NCBI RefSeq assembly: GCF_028599055.1
Contig: NZ_JAQRMS010000001.1
Location: 1-54,066, forward strand
Reading direction: 5' to 3'
DNA length: 54,066 nt
Source: Candidatus Thioglobus sp.
GTDB lineage: Bacteria; Pseudomonadota; Gammaproteobacteria; PS1; Pseudothioglobaceae
In this document: one piece after another, positions 9,443 to 20,202 of the stretch
Layout of the letters: the number at the start of each line of letters is the position of its first letter
Numbering within the stretch: the first letter of the stretch is position 1
The notes under the pieces: model-generated
Seen by the model: only the letters and a program-made list of their open reading frames with translations
Told to the model about the DNA's origin: nothing
The model's database searches: none
Position numbers and translations under genes: made by a program

Positions 9443-10125
9443 TGAAAAAATTATTAATCAGTTTTGCGCTGCTAATGAGTAGCACCTTTGCAGTGGCAGA
9501 AGTTGATCCTTTTGAGGATGTTAATAGATCTGTGTATGGGTTTAATGAAACTGTTGATGACAACCTATTAGAGCCAGTGTCTAGAGTTTATAAAGCCCAT
9601 GTTCCAGAAATCGCACAAGATGGTGTTAGTAACTTTTTTGGTAATTTGCGTGATGTAAGTACTTTATTCAATCAAATATTGCAGTTTAAACCAGTAGAAA
9701 GTGTTGAGACGTTTACACGTATTTTGGTGAACTCTACTATTGGACTTGGTGGTATGATTGATATGGCATCTAATATGAATCTTACTACTAAGGATGAGGA
9801 TTTTGGTCAAACCATGGCAGTATGGGGTGTTAAGGAAGGCCCTTATGTTATGTTGCCATTATTGGGTCCATCTACCGCAAGAGATGGGGTTGGCGTTTAT
9901 GTTGATTTAACTTCAGATGCTAATTTAATTAACGATATGAATGATATTGGCGCTATTACTACTAGCGCAATGAATATTATTGATAAGCGTGTTGAGCTAT
10001 TACCAATTACCGATCTATTAGATAATTCTGATGATCCGTACATTACGATGCGATCTTCTTATTTACAAAAACGAGAAAATGATATCTATGATGGCAATGT
10101 GCCAGTTTCAGATGATGACTTCTAA
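9442..10125 (+). CDS. mlaA: MlaA/VacJ family protein
   Basis: DPFEDVNR...FN, NSTIGLGG, EDFGQT, GPYVMLPLLGPSTARD, DPYITMRSSYLQKR; no lipobox Cys. Confidence 0.88.
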   Translation: MKKLLISFALLMSSTFAVAEVDPFEDVNRSVYGFNETVDDNLLEPVSRVYKAHVPEIAQDGVSNFFGNLRDVSTLFNQILQFKPVESVETFTRILVNSTIGLGGMIDMASNMNLTTKDEDFGQTMAVWGVKEGPYVMLPLLGPSTARDGVGVYVDLTSDANLINDMNDIGAITTSAMNIIDKRVELLPITDLLDNSDDPYITMRSSYLQKRENDIYDGNVPVSDDDF

Positions 10126-10148
10126 CACCCATTAACAGTTAAAAAATA

Positions 10149-13100
10149 ATGCCAAAAAGACAAGACCTCAAAAGTATTTTAATTATCGGCGCTGGCCCCA
10201 TTGTAATTGGCCAGGCTTGTGAATTTGATTATTCAGGTGCGCAAGCTTGTAAAGCGTTGCGTGAAGAAGGCTACCGTGTTATTTTGGTTAACTCTAATCC
10301 GGCCACTATTATGACTGATCCGCAAATGGCGGATGCAACCTACATTGAGCCAATTGAATGGCGTACGGTTGAAAAGATTATTGAAGTTGAACAGCCTGAT
10401 GCATTGTTGCCAACCATGGGTGGCCAAACAGCACTTAACTGTGCGCTAGATTTAGAGCGTCATGGTGTGCTTGAAAAGCACGGTGTGGAGATGATCGGCG
10501 CTAGAAAAGAAGCCATCGATAAAGCGGAAGATCGCGATTTATTCCGTGAAGCCATGCTTAAAATTGGCCTAGATATGCCTAAAGCGGCGGTTGCACATAC
10601 CTTAGAAGAGGCTTTTGCTGTACAAGAAACTGTTGGTTATCCAACAGTGATTCGCCCATCTTTCACCATGGGTGGCTCAGGTGGCGGTATTGCTTTTAAT
10701 AAAGATGAATTTATTGAAATTTGTGAGCGTGGATTAGACTTATCGCCAACCAATGAATTACTCGTTGAAGAGTCAATCTTAGGCTGGAAAGAGTTTGAAA
10801 TGGAAGTGGTGCGTGACACCAAAGATAATTGCATTATTATTTGTTCAATCGAAAACTTTGATCCAATGGGTGTACACACCGGTGATTCTATAACCGTGGC
10901 ACCTGCACAAACCTTGACGGACAAGGAGTATCAAGTAATGCGTAATGCCTCATTAGCAGTGCTGCGTGAAATTGGTGTAGATACCGGTGGCTCAAACGTA
11001 CAGTTTGCACTTAACCCTGAAAATGGTCGCTTGACTATTATTGAGATGAATCCACGTGTGTCACGCTCGTCAGCATTGGCTTCAAAAGCGACCGGATTCC
11101 CAATTGCCAAAGTGGCAGCGAAATTAGCAGTAGGCTATACGCTTGATGAGCTTGATAATGATATTACTGGCGGCAAAACACCCGCTTCATTTGAGCCAAG
11201 CATTGATTATGTAGTTACTAAAATTCCACGTTTTGCCTTTGAAAAATTCCCTAAAGCGGATGACCGTTTAACCACACAGATGAAATCTGTGGGCGAGGTG
11301 ATGGCTATGGGCTCAACCTTCCAAGAGTCTTTACAAAAAGCCTTGCGCGGCCTAGAAACAGATAAAGTTGGTCTTGACCCTGTGGTTGATTTGGGTGCCG
11401 ATGATGCGCGCAATAAGATTAAATCTGAATGTATTACCGCACGTAGTGAGCGAATTTTTTATCTAGCTGATGCCTTTAGATTAGGTATGAGTCTTGAGGA
11501 AGTGTTTGATTTATCAAAAGTGGATCCTTGGTTCTTGGCGCAAATCGAAGACATTGTGTCAACTGAGATGCAAATTAATGGCGATAGTATTTCTGATGTG
11601 GATGCAGTGCAAATGTTTAGTCTTAAGCGTAAAGGTTTTTCAGATGCGCGTTTGAGCCAACTACTGCATTGTAGCGAATCATCGGTTAGAGAGCGTCGCA
11701 AGGCATTAAACATTAAACCAGTATTTAAGCGTGTAGATAGTTGTGCGGCTGAGTTTGATACAGAGACCGCCTACCTATACTCTACGTATCAACAACAGTG
11801 TGAAGCTAATCCGACTGATAAGAAAAAAATCATGATTCTGGGTGGTGGCCCGAATCGTATTGGTCAAGGTATTGAATTTGACTACTGCTGTGTACATGCC
11901 TCTTTGGCGTTGCGCGAAGACGGCTTTGAAACCATCATGGTGAATTGCAACCCTGAAACGGTTTCAACCGATTACGACATTTCAGATCGTTTGTATTTTG
12001 AGCCACTAACACTTGAAGATGTATTGGCCGTGGTTGATATTGAAAATCCAGATGGTATTATTGTGCATTATGGTGGTCAAACACCACTTAAGTTGGCTGA
12101 AGCGCTAGAAAAGAGTGGTGCTAAAATTATCGGCACGACGCCAGATGCCATTGATTTGGCTGAAGACCGTGAGCGTTTCTCAGCCATGTTGCAAGAGTTA
12201 GAGTTAAAGCAGCCGCTTAATGGCACAGCGCGCTCATTAGAGCAGGCACAAGATATTGCTGATGCAATTGGCTTCCCATTGGTGGTGCGTCCATCTTATG
12301 TATTGGGTGGTCGCGCAATGGAAATTGTCTACGATAAAGATTCTCTAGATCACTACATGCACACCGCTGTACAAGTGTCAAACGACTCTCCAGTGCTACT
12401 TGATTCATTTTTAGATCATGCTATTGAGGTTGATATTGACGTTATTTGTGATGGCGAGGATGTGGTTATTGGTGGTATTATGCAGCATATTGAGCAGGCG
12501 GGTATTCACTCAGGTGACTCGGCTTGTTCATTGCCACCATACTCATTAGATAACGAGGTGCTTGATCAAATGCGTGCACAGGTTATCGCTATGGCAAAAA
12601 AACTTGGTGTGGTTGGTTTGATGAATACACAGCTGGCGTATCAAGATGGCGAAATTTATGTCATTGAGGTTAACCCGCGTGCCTCAAGAACAGTGCCATT
12701 TGTGTCAAAAGCAATTAGTGAGCCATTGGCCGCGATTGCAGCGCGCGTTATGTCGGGCAAAACCCTAAAAGAACTTAACTTTACCTCAGAGATTATCCCA
12801 ACACATTACAGTGTTAAAGAAGCGGTATTCCCGTTTAATAAATTCTTAGGTGTGGATCCAATTTTAGGCCCAGAAATGCGCTCAACGGGTGAAGTGATGG
12901 GTGTTGGTGATGATTTCGCCTCAGCGTTTGATAAAGCCCAATTAGCAGCAGGTTCGCGTGCACCAGAAAATGGTAAAGTATTTGTCAGTCTTAGAAAGCT
13001 TGATCGTGACGATTTGGTTGATTTGGGTAAACAATTGACACAACAAGGTTTTAGCTTGGTTGCCACTCGCAGTAATAGAGAAGCATTAATGGATGCTGGC

Positions 13101-13358
13101 CTTGAATGTGAGATGGTTAATAAGGTCTCAGAAGGTTCGCCACATATTGTTGATATGATTAAAAATGACGACATTGATTTAATCATTAATTCAACCGAAG
13201 ACACCCAAGGTGCTACAGATGCAGCGGCTATTCGCTGTCAGGCGCTAGTACATAAGGTGCCGTTCACCACAACCGTTGCTGCGGCCTTTGCCATGCTAGA
13301 CGGACTTAAAACTCATGAAGAGATTACAGTTAGAACTGTGCAATCTCTGAATGCTTAG
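10149..13358 (+). CDS. carB: carbamoyl-phosphate synthase large subunit
   Basis: [30 protein letters not shown]; two ATP-grasp halves and MGS-like domain. Confidence 0.99.
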   Translation: MPKRQDLKSILIIGAGPIVIGQACEFDYSGAQACKALREEGYRVILVNSNPATIMTDPQMADATYIEPIEWRTVEKIIEVEQPDALLPTMGGQTALNCALDLERHGVLEKHGVEMIGARKEAIDKAEDRDLFREAMLKIGLDMPKAAVAHTLEEAFAVQETVGYPTVIRPSFTMGGSGGGIAFNKDEFIEICERGLDLSPTNELLVEESILGWKEFEMEVVRDTKDNCIIICSIENFDPMGVHTGDSITVAPAQTLTDKEYQVMRNASLAVLREIGVDTGGSNVQFALNPENGRLTIIEMNPRVSRSSALASKATGFPIAKVAAKLAVGYTLDELDNDITGGKTPASFEPSIDYVVTKIPRFAFEKFPKADDRLTTQMKSVGEVMAMGSTFQESLQKALRGLETDKVGLDPVVDLGADDARNKIKSECITARSERIFYLADAFRLGMSLEEVFDLSKVDPWFLAQIEDIVSTEMQINGDSISDVDAVQMFSLKRKGFSDARLSQLLHCSESSVRERRKALNIKPVFKRVDSCAAEFDTETAYLYSTYQQQCEANPTDKKKIMILGGGPNRIGQGIEFDYCCVHASLALREDGFETIMVNCNPETVSTDYDISDRLYFEPLTLEDVLAVVDIENPDGIIVHYGGQTPLKLAEALEKSGAKIIGTTPDAIDLAEDRERFSAMLQELELKQPLNGTARSLEQAQDIADAIGFPLVVRPSYVLGGRAMEIVYDKDSLDHYMHTAVQVSNDSPVLLDSFLDHAIEVDIDVICDGEDVVIGGIMQHIEQAGIHSGDSACSLPPYSLDNEVLDQMRAQVIAMAKKLGVVGLMNTQLAYQDGEIYVIEVNPRASRTVPFVSKAISEPLAAIAARVMSGKTLKELNFTSEIIPTHYSVKEAVFPFNKFLGVDPILGPEMRSTGEVMGVGDDFASAFDKAQLAAGSRAPENGKVFVSLRKLDRDDLVDLGKQLTQQGFSLVATRSNREALMDAGLECEMVNKVSEGSPHIVDMIKNDDIDLIINSTEDTQGATDAAAIRCQALVHKVPFTTTVAAAFAMLDGLKTHEEITVRTVQSLNA

Positions 13359-13366
13359 GGTTTAGT

Positions 13367-13843
13367 ATGGATAGCATTCCAATGACCGTTGCTGGTGCGA
13401 AAGCACTTGAAGTTGAATTACTAAAACTTAAAGACGAAGATCGACCACGCATCATTGAAGAAATTGCCACCGCAAGAGCGCACGGCGATCTAAAAGAAAA
13501 TGCAGAATATCACGCCGCTAAAGAAGAACAGGGTTTTATTGAAGGTCGTATTAAAGAGGTGGAATCTAAGCTGTCACGCATGCAAGTGATTGATGTCGCC
13601 AAGCTTGCACAAAACGGTCGCTGTGTTTTTGGCACCACCATTAGCTTGATGAACATCGAAGATGATAGTGAAATTACCTATCAAATCGTGGGTGAAGATG
13701 AGGCAGATATCGATCTGAATAAAATCTCTTGTCATTCGCCAATTGCCGCTGCACTAATGGGCAATGAAGAAGGTGATGAGGTGACAGTCAAAGCGCCGGC
13801 GGGTGATATTATCTACGAGATACTCGAAGTTCAGTATTTGTAG
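13367..13843 (+). CDS. greA: transcription elongation factor GreA
   Basis: ARAHGDLKENAEYHAAKEEQ; conserved carB-greA synteny. Confidence 0.97.
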   Translation: MDSIPMTVAGAKALEVELLKLKDEDRPRIIEEIATARAHGDLKENAEYHAAKEEQGFIEGRIKEVESKLSRMQVIDVAKLAQNGRCVFGTTISLMNIEDDSEITYQIVGEDEADIDLNKISCHSPIAAALMGNEEGDEVTVKAPAGDIIYEILEVQYL

Positions 13844-13845
13844 TC

Positions 13846-13967
13846 TTTGCGCGAGTTTTCGCATTTTGCTTTGTTAAATCTATTTTTATTTTCAGTCATG
13901 CACTAGATTGTGCACTCCTAAAAGATAAAAAAGATTTGCCTTGCAAAACATCAAAAAATCACACAAA
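13846..13967. repeat. ERIC-like palindromic element E3 (3' of greA)
   Basis: Minus strand CAAGGC-AAATCT...AGGAGTGCAC-loop-GTGCATGACT...AGATTT-AACAAAG. Confidence 0.75.
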
Positions 13968-14139
13968 AAATAGCAAAGTATTGATGAAAGTGAAAATTTA
14001 CGAAATTTTCTAAAACTTGTCGACAAAATGCGCTAAAAGTCGATATTTAGTGGTTAAAAGTCATTAAAAATACTTAAAAAACACTAAATTTGGTTAAAAC
14101 TCAATTAATTCTTAAGATTTCCTAAATTTTCTAAATCGT

Positions 14140-14265
14140 TTTTTACAAGTATTTTTTTCTTTCCATAAGGCGACGATAAAAAATATGATTGAACATAGAT
14201 GCAACTATGTGATTGAATATTTTTTTAAAGTCAACACAGTGGAAAGGAAAAAGACGAGGTAAAAA
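14140..14265. repeat. ERIC-like palindromic element E4 (abuts xerD stop)
   Basis: AAGGCG...GAACATAG-ATGCAA-CTATGTGATTG...CAACACAG within long terminal inverted repeats. Confidence 0.8.
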
Positions 14266-15147
14266 TTAGCCTCTAGGGTGGTGTTTTGAATGCTGCGCTT
14301 TAAGCTGCACATTTTGAATGTGTGTGTAAATTTGCGTAGTGGCAATATCACTATGCCCCAGCATCAATTGCACAGAGCGTAAATCAGCACCTTGTTGTAC
14401 GAGGTGAGTGGCAAATGCATGACGTAGTGTATGAGGGGAAAGTGGCTTGTCAATGCCAGCTTTAAGTGCATAAGCTTTAATGATATAAAAGAAATTTTGT
14501 CGACTCATGCTAGTGCCGCGGTTAGTTAAAAAATAACCATTGGTCTGACCTTTTTTCAATAAGTGAGGGCGAGATTTTTGCTCATAATTTTGCAAATGCT
14601 CAATAGCAAGCTCACCCAAGGGTAGGATTCTTTCTTTCTCACCTTTGCCGATAATGCGAATGTATTCTTCGGTCAAATTTAAATGCTGAAGATCAAGTTT
14701 AATTAATTCACTAACACGCAATCCGCATGAATACAAAAGTTCAAGCATGGCGCGATCGCGCAAGCCAAATAAGGTTTTTGTGTCGGGCGCATCTAACAAA
14801 TTACTCACCTCATCAATGGCTAGAAAAACAGGTAATTTTTGCGTTTGCTTGGGATGATTGAGTTTGTTGGTAGGGTTTGTTCGAATAATATCTTGAGTTA
14901 ATAAATATTGATAAAAAACCCTGAGACAAGTCAGCACGCGCGCCTGAGTGGCACTGCTAAATTGGTTTTGTTGACGATAATCAAAATATTGTGTAATAGT
15001 TTGATCACTGACTTTTGTTAATGAGTGATCAAGCCATTTTGCAAACATAGCAAGATCAGATCGATAAGCTTTCAGTGTATTGTCAGTTGCACCCGATGAA
15101 AGCCAGTAATGATCTAAGAATTGATTAATTAACGTGTCGTTATTCAT
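14266..15147 (-). CDS. xerD: tyrosine recombinase XerD
   Basis: LRDRAMLELLYSCGLRVSEL, SPHTLRHAFATHL..GADLRSVQLMLGHSDIATTQIYTH, HHPRG end. Confidence 0.95.
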   Translation of the reverse strand: MNNDTLINQFLDHYWLSSGATDNTLKAYRSDLAMFAKWLDHSLTKVSDQTITQYFDYRQQNQFSSATQARVLTCLRVFYQYLLTQDIIRTNPTNKLNHPKQTQKLPVFLAIDEVSNLLDAPDTKTLFGLRDRAMLELLYSCGLRVSELIKLDLQHLNLTEEYIRIIGKGEKERILPLGELAIEHLQNYEQKSRPHLLKKGQTNGYFLTNRGTSMSRQNFFYIIKAYALKAGIDKPLSPHTLRHAFATHLVQQGADLRSVQLMLGHSDIATTQIYTHIQNVQLKAQHSKHHPRG

Positions 15148-15163
15148 TACATAAATTTTAGCC

Positions 15164-15191
15164 AAAAAAATACCGGCTAGTAGCCGGTATT
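15164..15191 (-). terminator. rplS terminator
   Basis: AATACCGGCTA-G-TAGCCGGTATT hairpin with T-run on the minus strand. Confidence 0.8.
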
Positions 15192-15212
15192 GTTAAAAGA
15201 ATTAAGCTAAGA

Positions 15213-15563
15213 TTATTTCTTAACCAACTTCTCTTTAATTCTTGCTTTCTTACCAGTAAGCTCGCGAAGGTAGTAAAGTTTCGCTTGACGAACCTTACCG
15301 CGACGTTTTACTTCAACTGAATCAATCATGGTAGAGTGTGTTTGAAAAACTCTTTCAACGCCTTCGCCATGAGAGATTTTTCTAACAGTGAATGCTGAGC
15401 CGATGCCACGGTTTTTCTTAGCAATTACAACACCTTCAAACGCCTGTAATCTTTCACGGTCGCCTTCACGCACTTTAACTTGCACGATTACTGTATCGCC
15501 TGCGCCGAACTCAGGAATGTCAGTTCGAAGTTGTTCGCTTTCAATTTGATCAATTAAATTCAT
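15213..15563 (-). CDS. rplS: 50S ribosomal protein L19
   Basis: [39 protein letters not shown]. Confidence 0.98.
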   Translation of the reverse strand: MNLIDQIESEQLRTDIPEFGAGDTVIVQVKVREGDRERLQAFEGVVIAKKNRGIGSAFTVRKISHGEGVERVFQTHSTMIDSVEVKRRGKVRQAKLYYLRELTGKKARIKEKLVKK

Positions 15564-15604
15564 TTGAACGTATCCTTAAATATTTGTTTCTATAAAAAAG
15601 GGCA

Positions 15605-15633
15605 ATTATACAGTTAAACCTTGAAGCGTTCAA
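15605..15633 (-). promoter_or_regulatory. sigma70-type promoter of rplS
   Basis: TTGAAC-N17-TATAAT on the minus strand. Confidence 0.65.
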
Positions 15634-15718
15634 GCAAACTATTTCATCTTTTTTTATAGATGCATTTTCAAGGCAAATATGGCATAATTACGCGCTTTAG
15701 ATTGACACGTTTTGAGAG

Positions 15719-17155
15719 ATGGGAAAAGTAACTGGCTTTAAAGAATTTGATAGAAAAACAGAAGATTATCGTCCTGTTGAGTTACGACTTAAAGACTATG
15801 GTGAGATTTTTACTGGTACTTATGACGAGGCGAATTTAAAGCAGCAAGGTGCTCGATGCATGGATTGTGGCGTGCCCTTTTGTCAATCAGACGATGGCTG
15901 TCCTATTAACAACTTAATTCCTGAATGGAATGATTTAGTCTATAACGATAAATGGGAAGAGGCATTAACGCGTCTATTAAAGACCAACAATTTCCCTGAA
16001 TTTACCGGCCGTGTTTGCCCCGCGCCTTGTGAAGGTTCGTGCGTATTGGGTATGAATAACCCAGCGGTTACCATTAAAAATATCGAGCAAGCAATTATTG
16101 ATAAAGGCTATGAACAAGGCTGGATCAAGCCGTATAGTGTGGAATACAGAACAGGCAAGAAGATTGCTATTATTGGCTCAGGACCAGCCGGTTTAGCAGC
16201 CGCTGAAGAGTTGAATAAGTTAGGTCATGGTGTTACTGTGTTTGAGCGCGATGATCGTATTGGCGGCTTGTTGATGTACGGCATTCCAAATATGAAATTA
16301 GGCAAAGACGTGATTGATCGCCGTATTAATTTGATGAAAGATTGTGGTATTGAATTTATCACTAATGTTAATGTTGGTAAAGACATCACCACACAAGCTC
16401 TACAAAAAGATTTCGATGCACTTGTTTTTACCACAGGTGCTAGTGAAGCCAGAGATTTACCAGTTGATAATCGTGACGCCAAGGGTATACATATGGCCAT
16501 GAAATATCTAACGCTAAATACTAAGAGTTTGCTGGATACAGGTCATGAGGATCGCTCAGATCTATCAGCAAAAGGTAAAGATGTGATTGTTATTGGTGGT
16601 GGTGATACAGGTACAGATTGTATCGGTACAGCTGTACGCCAAGGCGCTAAATCAGTGGTTAACTTTGAGTTAATGTCACAGCCACCTGTAGAGCGTGCAG
16701 AAGACAACCCATGGCCTCTTTGGCCATTGATCTACCGGGTTGATTATGGTCACGCTGAAGCACAAAGTGTTTTTGGTAAAGATCCAAGACAATATCAATT
16801 AATGACTAAGTCATTCATTAAAGATGACCAAGGTAATTTAGTGGGTCTAAATACTATTGACGTTGAATTCAATGACGGCCAATTAACTGAAATTGCTGGC
16901 AGTGAAAAAACTTGGGATACGCAATTAGTGTTGTTATCTATGGGTTTTGTCTCACCAGAGTATTATCTAAGTGATGACGCACAAATTGAGCTAGATGATC
17001 GTGGTAATTACAAAGCTGAGTATGATCAATACCAAACATCACAAGCGGGCATTTTTACCGCGGGTGACTGTCGTCGTGGACAATCATTAGTGGTATGGGC
17101 GATTAACGAAGGTCGCGGTGTTGCTCAACGTGTTGACGAATATTTAGCGTCATAA
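15719..17155 (+). CDS. gltD: glutamate synthase small subunit
   Basis: [48 protein letters not shown]. Confidence 0.95.
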   Translation: MGKVTGFKEFDRKTEDYRPVELRLKDYGEIFTGTYDEANLKQQGARCMDCGVPFCQSDDGCPINNLIPEWNDLVYNDKWEEALTRLLKTNNFPEFTGRVCPAPCEGSCVLGMNNPAVTIKNIEQAIIDKGYEQGWIKPYSVEYRTGKKIAIIGSGPAGLAAAEELNKLGHGVTVFERDDRIGGLLMYGIPNMKLGKDVIDRRINLMKDCGIEFITNVNVGKDITTQALQKDFDALVFTTGASEARDLPVDNRDAKGIHMAMKYLTLNTKSLLDTGHEDRSDLSAKGKDVIVIGGGDTGTDCIGTAVRQGAKSVVNFELMSQPPVERAEDNPWPLWPLIYRVDYGHAEAQSVFGKDPRQYQLMTKSFIKDDQGNLVGLNTIDVEFNDGQLTEIAGSEKTWDTQLVLLSMGFVSPEYYLSDDAQIELDDRGNYKAEYDQYQTSQAGIFTAGDCRRGQSLVVWAINEGRGVAQRVDEYLAS

Positions 17156-17166
17156 TATCAATCTAA

Positions 17167-17191
17167 ATCGGCTATCCATAGCCGGTTTTTT
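17167..17191 (+). terminator. gltD terminator
   Basis: ATCGGCTAT-CC-ATAGCCGGT followed by T-run. Confidence 0.75.
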
Positions 17192-17206
17192 CTTAAAAAT
17201 CTTATT

Positions 17207-17275
17207 TATATCCCCTAAGGGATAGATGGTGATACCACTATAAAACGGTGGTTTTCGCTTGCATTTAAGTATAAT
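17207..17275 (+). promoter_or_regulatory. dsr operon promoter with two palindromic boxes
   Basis: TATATCCCCTAAGGGATAG-N8-ACCACTATAAAACGGTGGT-N17-TATAAT; non-consensus -35. Confidence 0.75.
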
Positions 17276-17341
17276 TTGTCCCGTTCACATCTTTAAAGCG
17301 AACGGTTTTAAAGATTTATATAAATATATCGGAGAGATAAA

Positions 17342-18646
17342 ATGGCAAAAGAGCTATATAACACACCCAACCTTGATGAGTTGGAAAAAGGTCCATGGCC
17401 TTCGTTTGTAACTGGTCTTAAGAGATTAGCAAACGATACCCACGCAGGTGCTGACATGGCACGCGACGTACTAGGTACACTTGAAACATCTTACGTAACT
17501 AAAAAAGGTTACTGGAAAGGTGGTACAGTTGGTGTTATCGGTTATGGTGGTGGCGTAATTCCACGTTTTAACGAATTAAAAGATGATAACGGTGATTACA
17601 AATTCCCTGCAGCAGGTGAATTCCATACGTTACGTATTCAACCACCAGCAGGTATGCACTACACATCTACTCTATTAAGAGATATGTGTGATATGTTTAC
17701 CGAGAACGGCGGTTCAGGTCTTATCGGTTTCCATGGTCAATCTGGTGACATTATGTTACAAGGTGCAACTGAAGAAACTACTCAGAAGATTTTCAACGAA
17801 TTCAATGCTTACGGTTTTGACATGGGTGGCGCGGGTCCTGCGGTACGTACTGGTATGTCATGTGTTGGCGCTTCACGTTGTGAAATGTCAAATGTTAATG
17901 AGCAAGCAGTATTAAGAACTCTTGTTAATGCATTCCTAGATGATATGCACCGTCCAGCATTACCATACAAAATGAAATTTAAGGTTTCTGGTTGTGCTAA
18001 TGATTGTATGAACTCAGTACAACGTGCTGACTTTGCAACCATCGGTACTTGGAGAGATGATATTAAAATCAACCAAGATCTTTGGAAAGCAATGGTTGCA
18101 GACAAAGGTACTCAATACGTAGTTGATAATATTACTTCTCGTTGTCCTACTTCTGCAATGACATTAAACGACGACAACTCATTGTCAATTGACAATAAAA
18201 ACTGTGTTAAATGTATGCATTGTTTAAACGTAACTTCTCCATTAACTCACAACTATATTGCTGAAGGTGATGTTGAGCCTATCTTAGCTACAGGCGACGA
18301 TAAAGGTGTAATGATTATTATGGGTGGTAAGCGTACACTTAAGATTGGTGACTTATTCGGTTCAGTAATCGTGCCATTTATGAAGATGGACAATGCTGAT
18401 GATTTAGAAACTATTGAAGATCTAGCTGGTGAAGTAATCGACTTCTTTGCTGAGAATGCATTAGAGCACGAAAGAACTGGTGAAATGATTGAGCGTATCG
18501 GTGTTGTAAACTTCTTAGAAGGTATCGGCATCAATGTTGATCCAAACATGATTAACCAAACTCGTACATCTTCATACGTTCGTATGGACGATTGGGATGA
18601 GGAAGCGGTTAAATGGTTTGAAAATAAAGCCGAAGCTAACGCTTAA
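17342..18646 (+). CDS. dsrA: reverse dissimilatory sulfite reductase alpha subunit
   Basis: TPNLDELEKGPWPSFVTG, WKGGTVGVIGYGGGVIPRF, siroheme CVGASRC...GCANDC. Confidence 0.98.
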   Translation: MAKELYNTPNLDELEKGPWPSFVTGLKRLANDTHAGADMARDVLGTLETSYVTKKGYWKGGTVGVIGYGGGVIPRFNELKDDNGDYKFPAAGEFHTLRIQPPAGMHYTSTLLRDMCDMFTENGGSGLIGFHGQSGDIMLQGATEETTQKIFNEFNAYGFDMGGAGPAVRTGMSCVGASRCEMSNVNEQAVLRTLVNAFLDDMHRPALPYKMKFKVSGCANDCMNSVQRADFATIGTWRDDIKINQDLWKAMVADKGTQYVVDNITSRCPTSAMTLNDDNSLSIDNKNCVKCMHCLNVTSPLTHNYIAEGDVEPILATGDDKGVMIIMGGKRTLKIGDLFGSVIVPFMKMDNADDLETIEDLAGEVIDFFAENALEHERTGEMIERIGVVNFLEGIGINVDPNMINQTRTSSYVRMDDWDEEAVKWFENKAEANA

Positions 18647-18713
18647 GACACCCTACTAGTTTTAAAAATTTTAGGGCAATTTTAATTGCCCGATTATATC
18701 AAGGAGAAATATT

Positions 18714-19787
18714 ATGGCAGCAGCACCAATTATGCCTATCGAATCTGGAGTTCCAGATCCTGTTCAATACATGCATCCAACAATGCGTCGTAACTACGGT
18801 CAATGGGCTTACCATGACCGTCCTCGTGCAGGCGTATTACGTCATACTTCAAAAAACAATGAAGTAATTTACACGGTTCGTTGTGGTACAGCACGTCAAA
18901 TGGACGTTTACACCATTAAAAAATTAGCAGATATTGCTGATGACTACGCTGACGGATTTGTTCGTTTCACCATGCGTTCAAATGTTGAATTCATGGTTGC
19001 AGATGAAGCTAAAGTTGAGCCGTTAGTTAACGCGTTAACTGAAGCTGGCTTCCCTGTGGGCGGTACTGGCCCATCAGTTACTATGATTTCACACACTCAA
19101 GGTTGGTTACACTGTGATATTCCAGGTACTGACGCATCGGGTGTGGTTAAGTCATTGATGGACGAGATGCATGAAGAATTCACTCGTGAAGAAATGCCTA
19201 ACCGTGTTCACATGACAACTTCATGTTGTCAGATTAACTGTGGTGGTCAAGGTGATATCGCGTTAAACATTCAACACACTAAGCCGCCTAAGATTAACCA
19301 TGATCTAGTATCAATGGTTTGTGAGCGTCCTACGGTTGTTGCTCGTTGTCCAGTTGCTGCGATTCGTCCTGCAATGGTTAATGGCAAGCCTACATTGGAA
19401 GTTGATGAGAAAAAATGTATCTGTTGTGGTGCGTGTTTCCCACCATGTCCGCCAATGCAAATTAACGATCCTGAAAACTCTAAGATTGCTTTATGGATCG
19501 GTGGTAAGAACTCTAATGCGAGATCTAAGCCTTCTTTCCATAAGTTAGTTGCTTCTAACCTACCTAATAACCCGCCAAGATGGCCGGAAGTTGGTGCGGT
19601 TGTTAAGAACATCTTAAGTGTTTACAAAGACGACGCAAAAGACTGGGAAAGAGTTGGTGAATGGGTTGACCGTATCGGTTGGCCGTCATTCTTTGAGAAG
19701 ACTGGCTTACCGTTTACTAAATTCCATATCAATGATTGGAAAGGTTCACGTCACCAGTTAAACTCTTCAGCACACATCCGTTTCTAA
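18714..19787 (+). CDS. dsrB: reverse dissimilatory sulfite reductase beta subunit
   Basis: HTQGWLHCDIPGTDASGVVK, TSCCQINCGGQGD, CICCGACFPPCPP. Confidence 0.98.
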   Translation: MAAAPIMPIESGVPDPVQYMHPTMRRNYGQWAYHDRPRAGVLRHTSKNNEVIYTVRCGTARQMDVYTIKKLADIADDYADGFVRFTMRSNVEFMVADEAKVEPLVNALTEAGFPVGGTGPSVTMISHTQGWLHCDIPGTDASGVVKSLMDEMHEEFTREEMPNRVHMTTSCCQINCGGQGDIALNIQHTKPPKINHDLVSMVCERPTVVARCPVAAIRPAMVNGKPTLEVDEKKCICCGACFPPCPPMQINDPENSKIALWIGGKNSNARSKPSFHKLVASNLPNNPPRWPEVGAVVKNILSVYKDDAKDWERVGEWVDRIGWPSFFEKTGLPFTKFHINDWKGSRHQLNSSAHIRF

Positions 19788-19799
19788 GGTTAGTTTACG

Positions 19800-20201
19800 A
19801 TGAAGTTTGCTATTCAAGTTAACGAAGGTCCGTACCAGCACCAAGCTGCTGATACGGCTTTTCAATTCGCTAAAGCGGCGATTGAAAATGGACATGAAAT
19901 TATGCGTGTATTTTTCTACCATGATGGTGTGAATAATGCATCTCGTTTCACTTTACCACCTCAAGATGATCGTCATGTTGTTAATAACTGGGCATCTTTA
20001 GACATTAAAGATGCTGAGGGTAATCCTGAATTAGTAGTTTGTGTTGCTGCTGCACTACGTCGAGGCATGCTTGACGAGTCAGAAGCATCAAAGAACTCTA
20101 TTGATGGTAACAACATTCACCCTGCGTTTCGTATTTCTGGCTTAGGTCAGCTAATCGAAGCAGGTATTCAGTGTGATCGTTTAGTAGTATTTGGAGATTA
20201 A
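19800..20201 (+). CDS. dsrE: sulfurtransferase DsrE
   Basis: RVFFYHDGV, VCVAAALRRG active Cys, FRISGLGQL. Confidence 0.96.
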   Translation: MKFAIQVNEGPYQHQAADTAFQFAKAAIENGHEIMRVFFYHDGVNNASRFTLPPQDDRHVVNNWASLDIKDAEGNPELVVCVAAALRRGMLDESEASKNSIDGNNIHPAFRISGLGQLIEAGIQCDRLVVFGD

Positions 20202-20202
20202 T

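Noticed and set aside
4654-14265. Repeats as a CRISPR array or integron attC sites
   Set aside because: Dispersed, no repeat-spacer periodicity, no cas or intI gene, no RYYYAAC/GTTRRRY ends, and they follow core genes
14266-15147. Tyrosine recombinase as a mobile-element integrase, or a nearby dif site
   Set aside because: Sequence is canonical XerD and no dif-like 28-mer was seen
17207-17252. Shared boxes as canonical LysR T-N11-A sites
   Set aside because: Position fits, but palindrome geometry is TATCCC-N4-GGGATA and CAC-N9-GTG, not T-N11-A; regulator family left open
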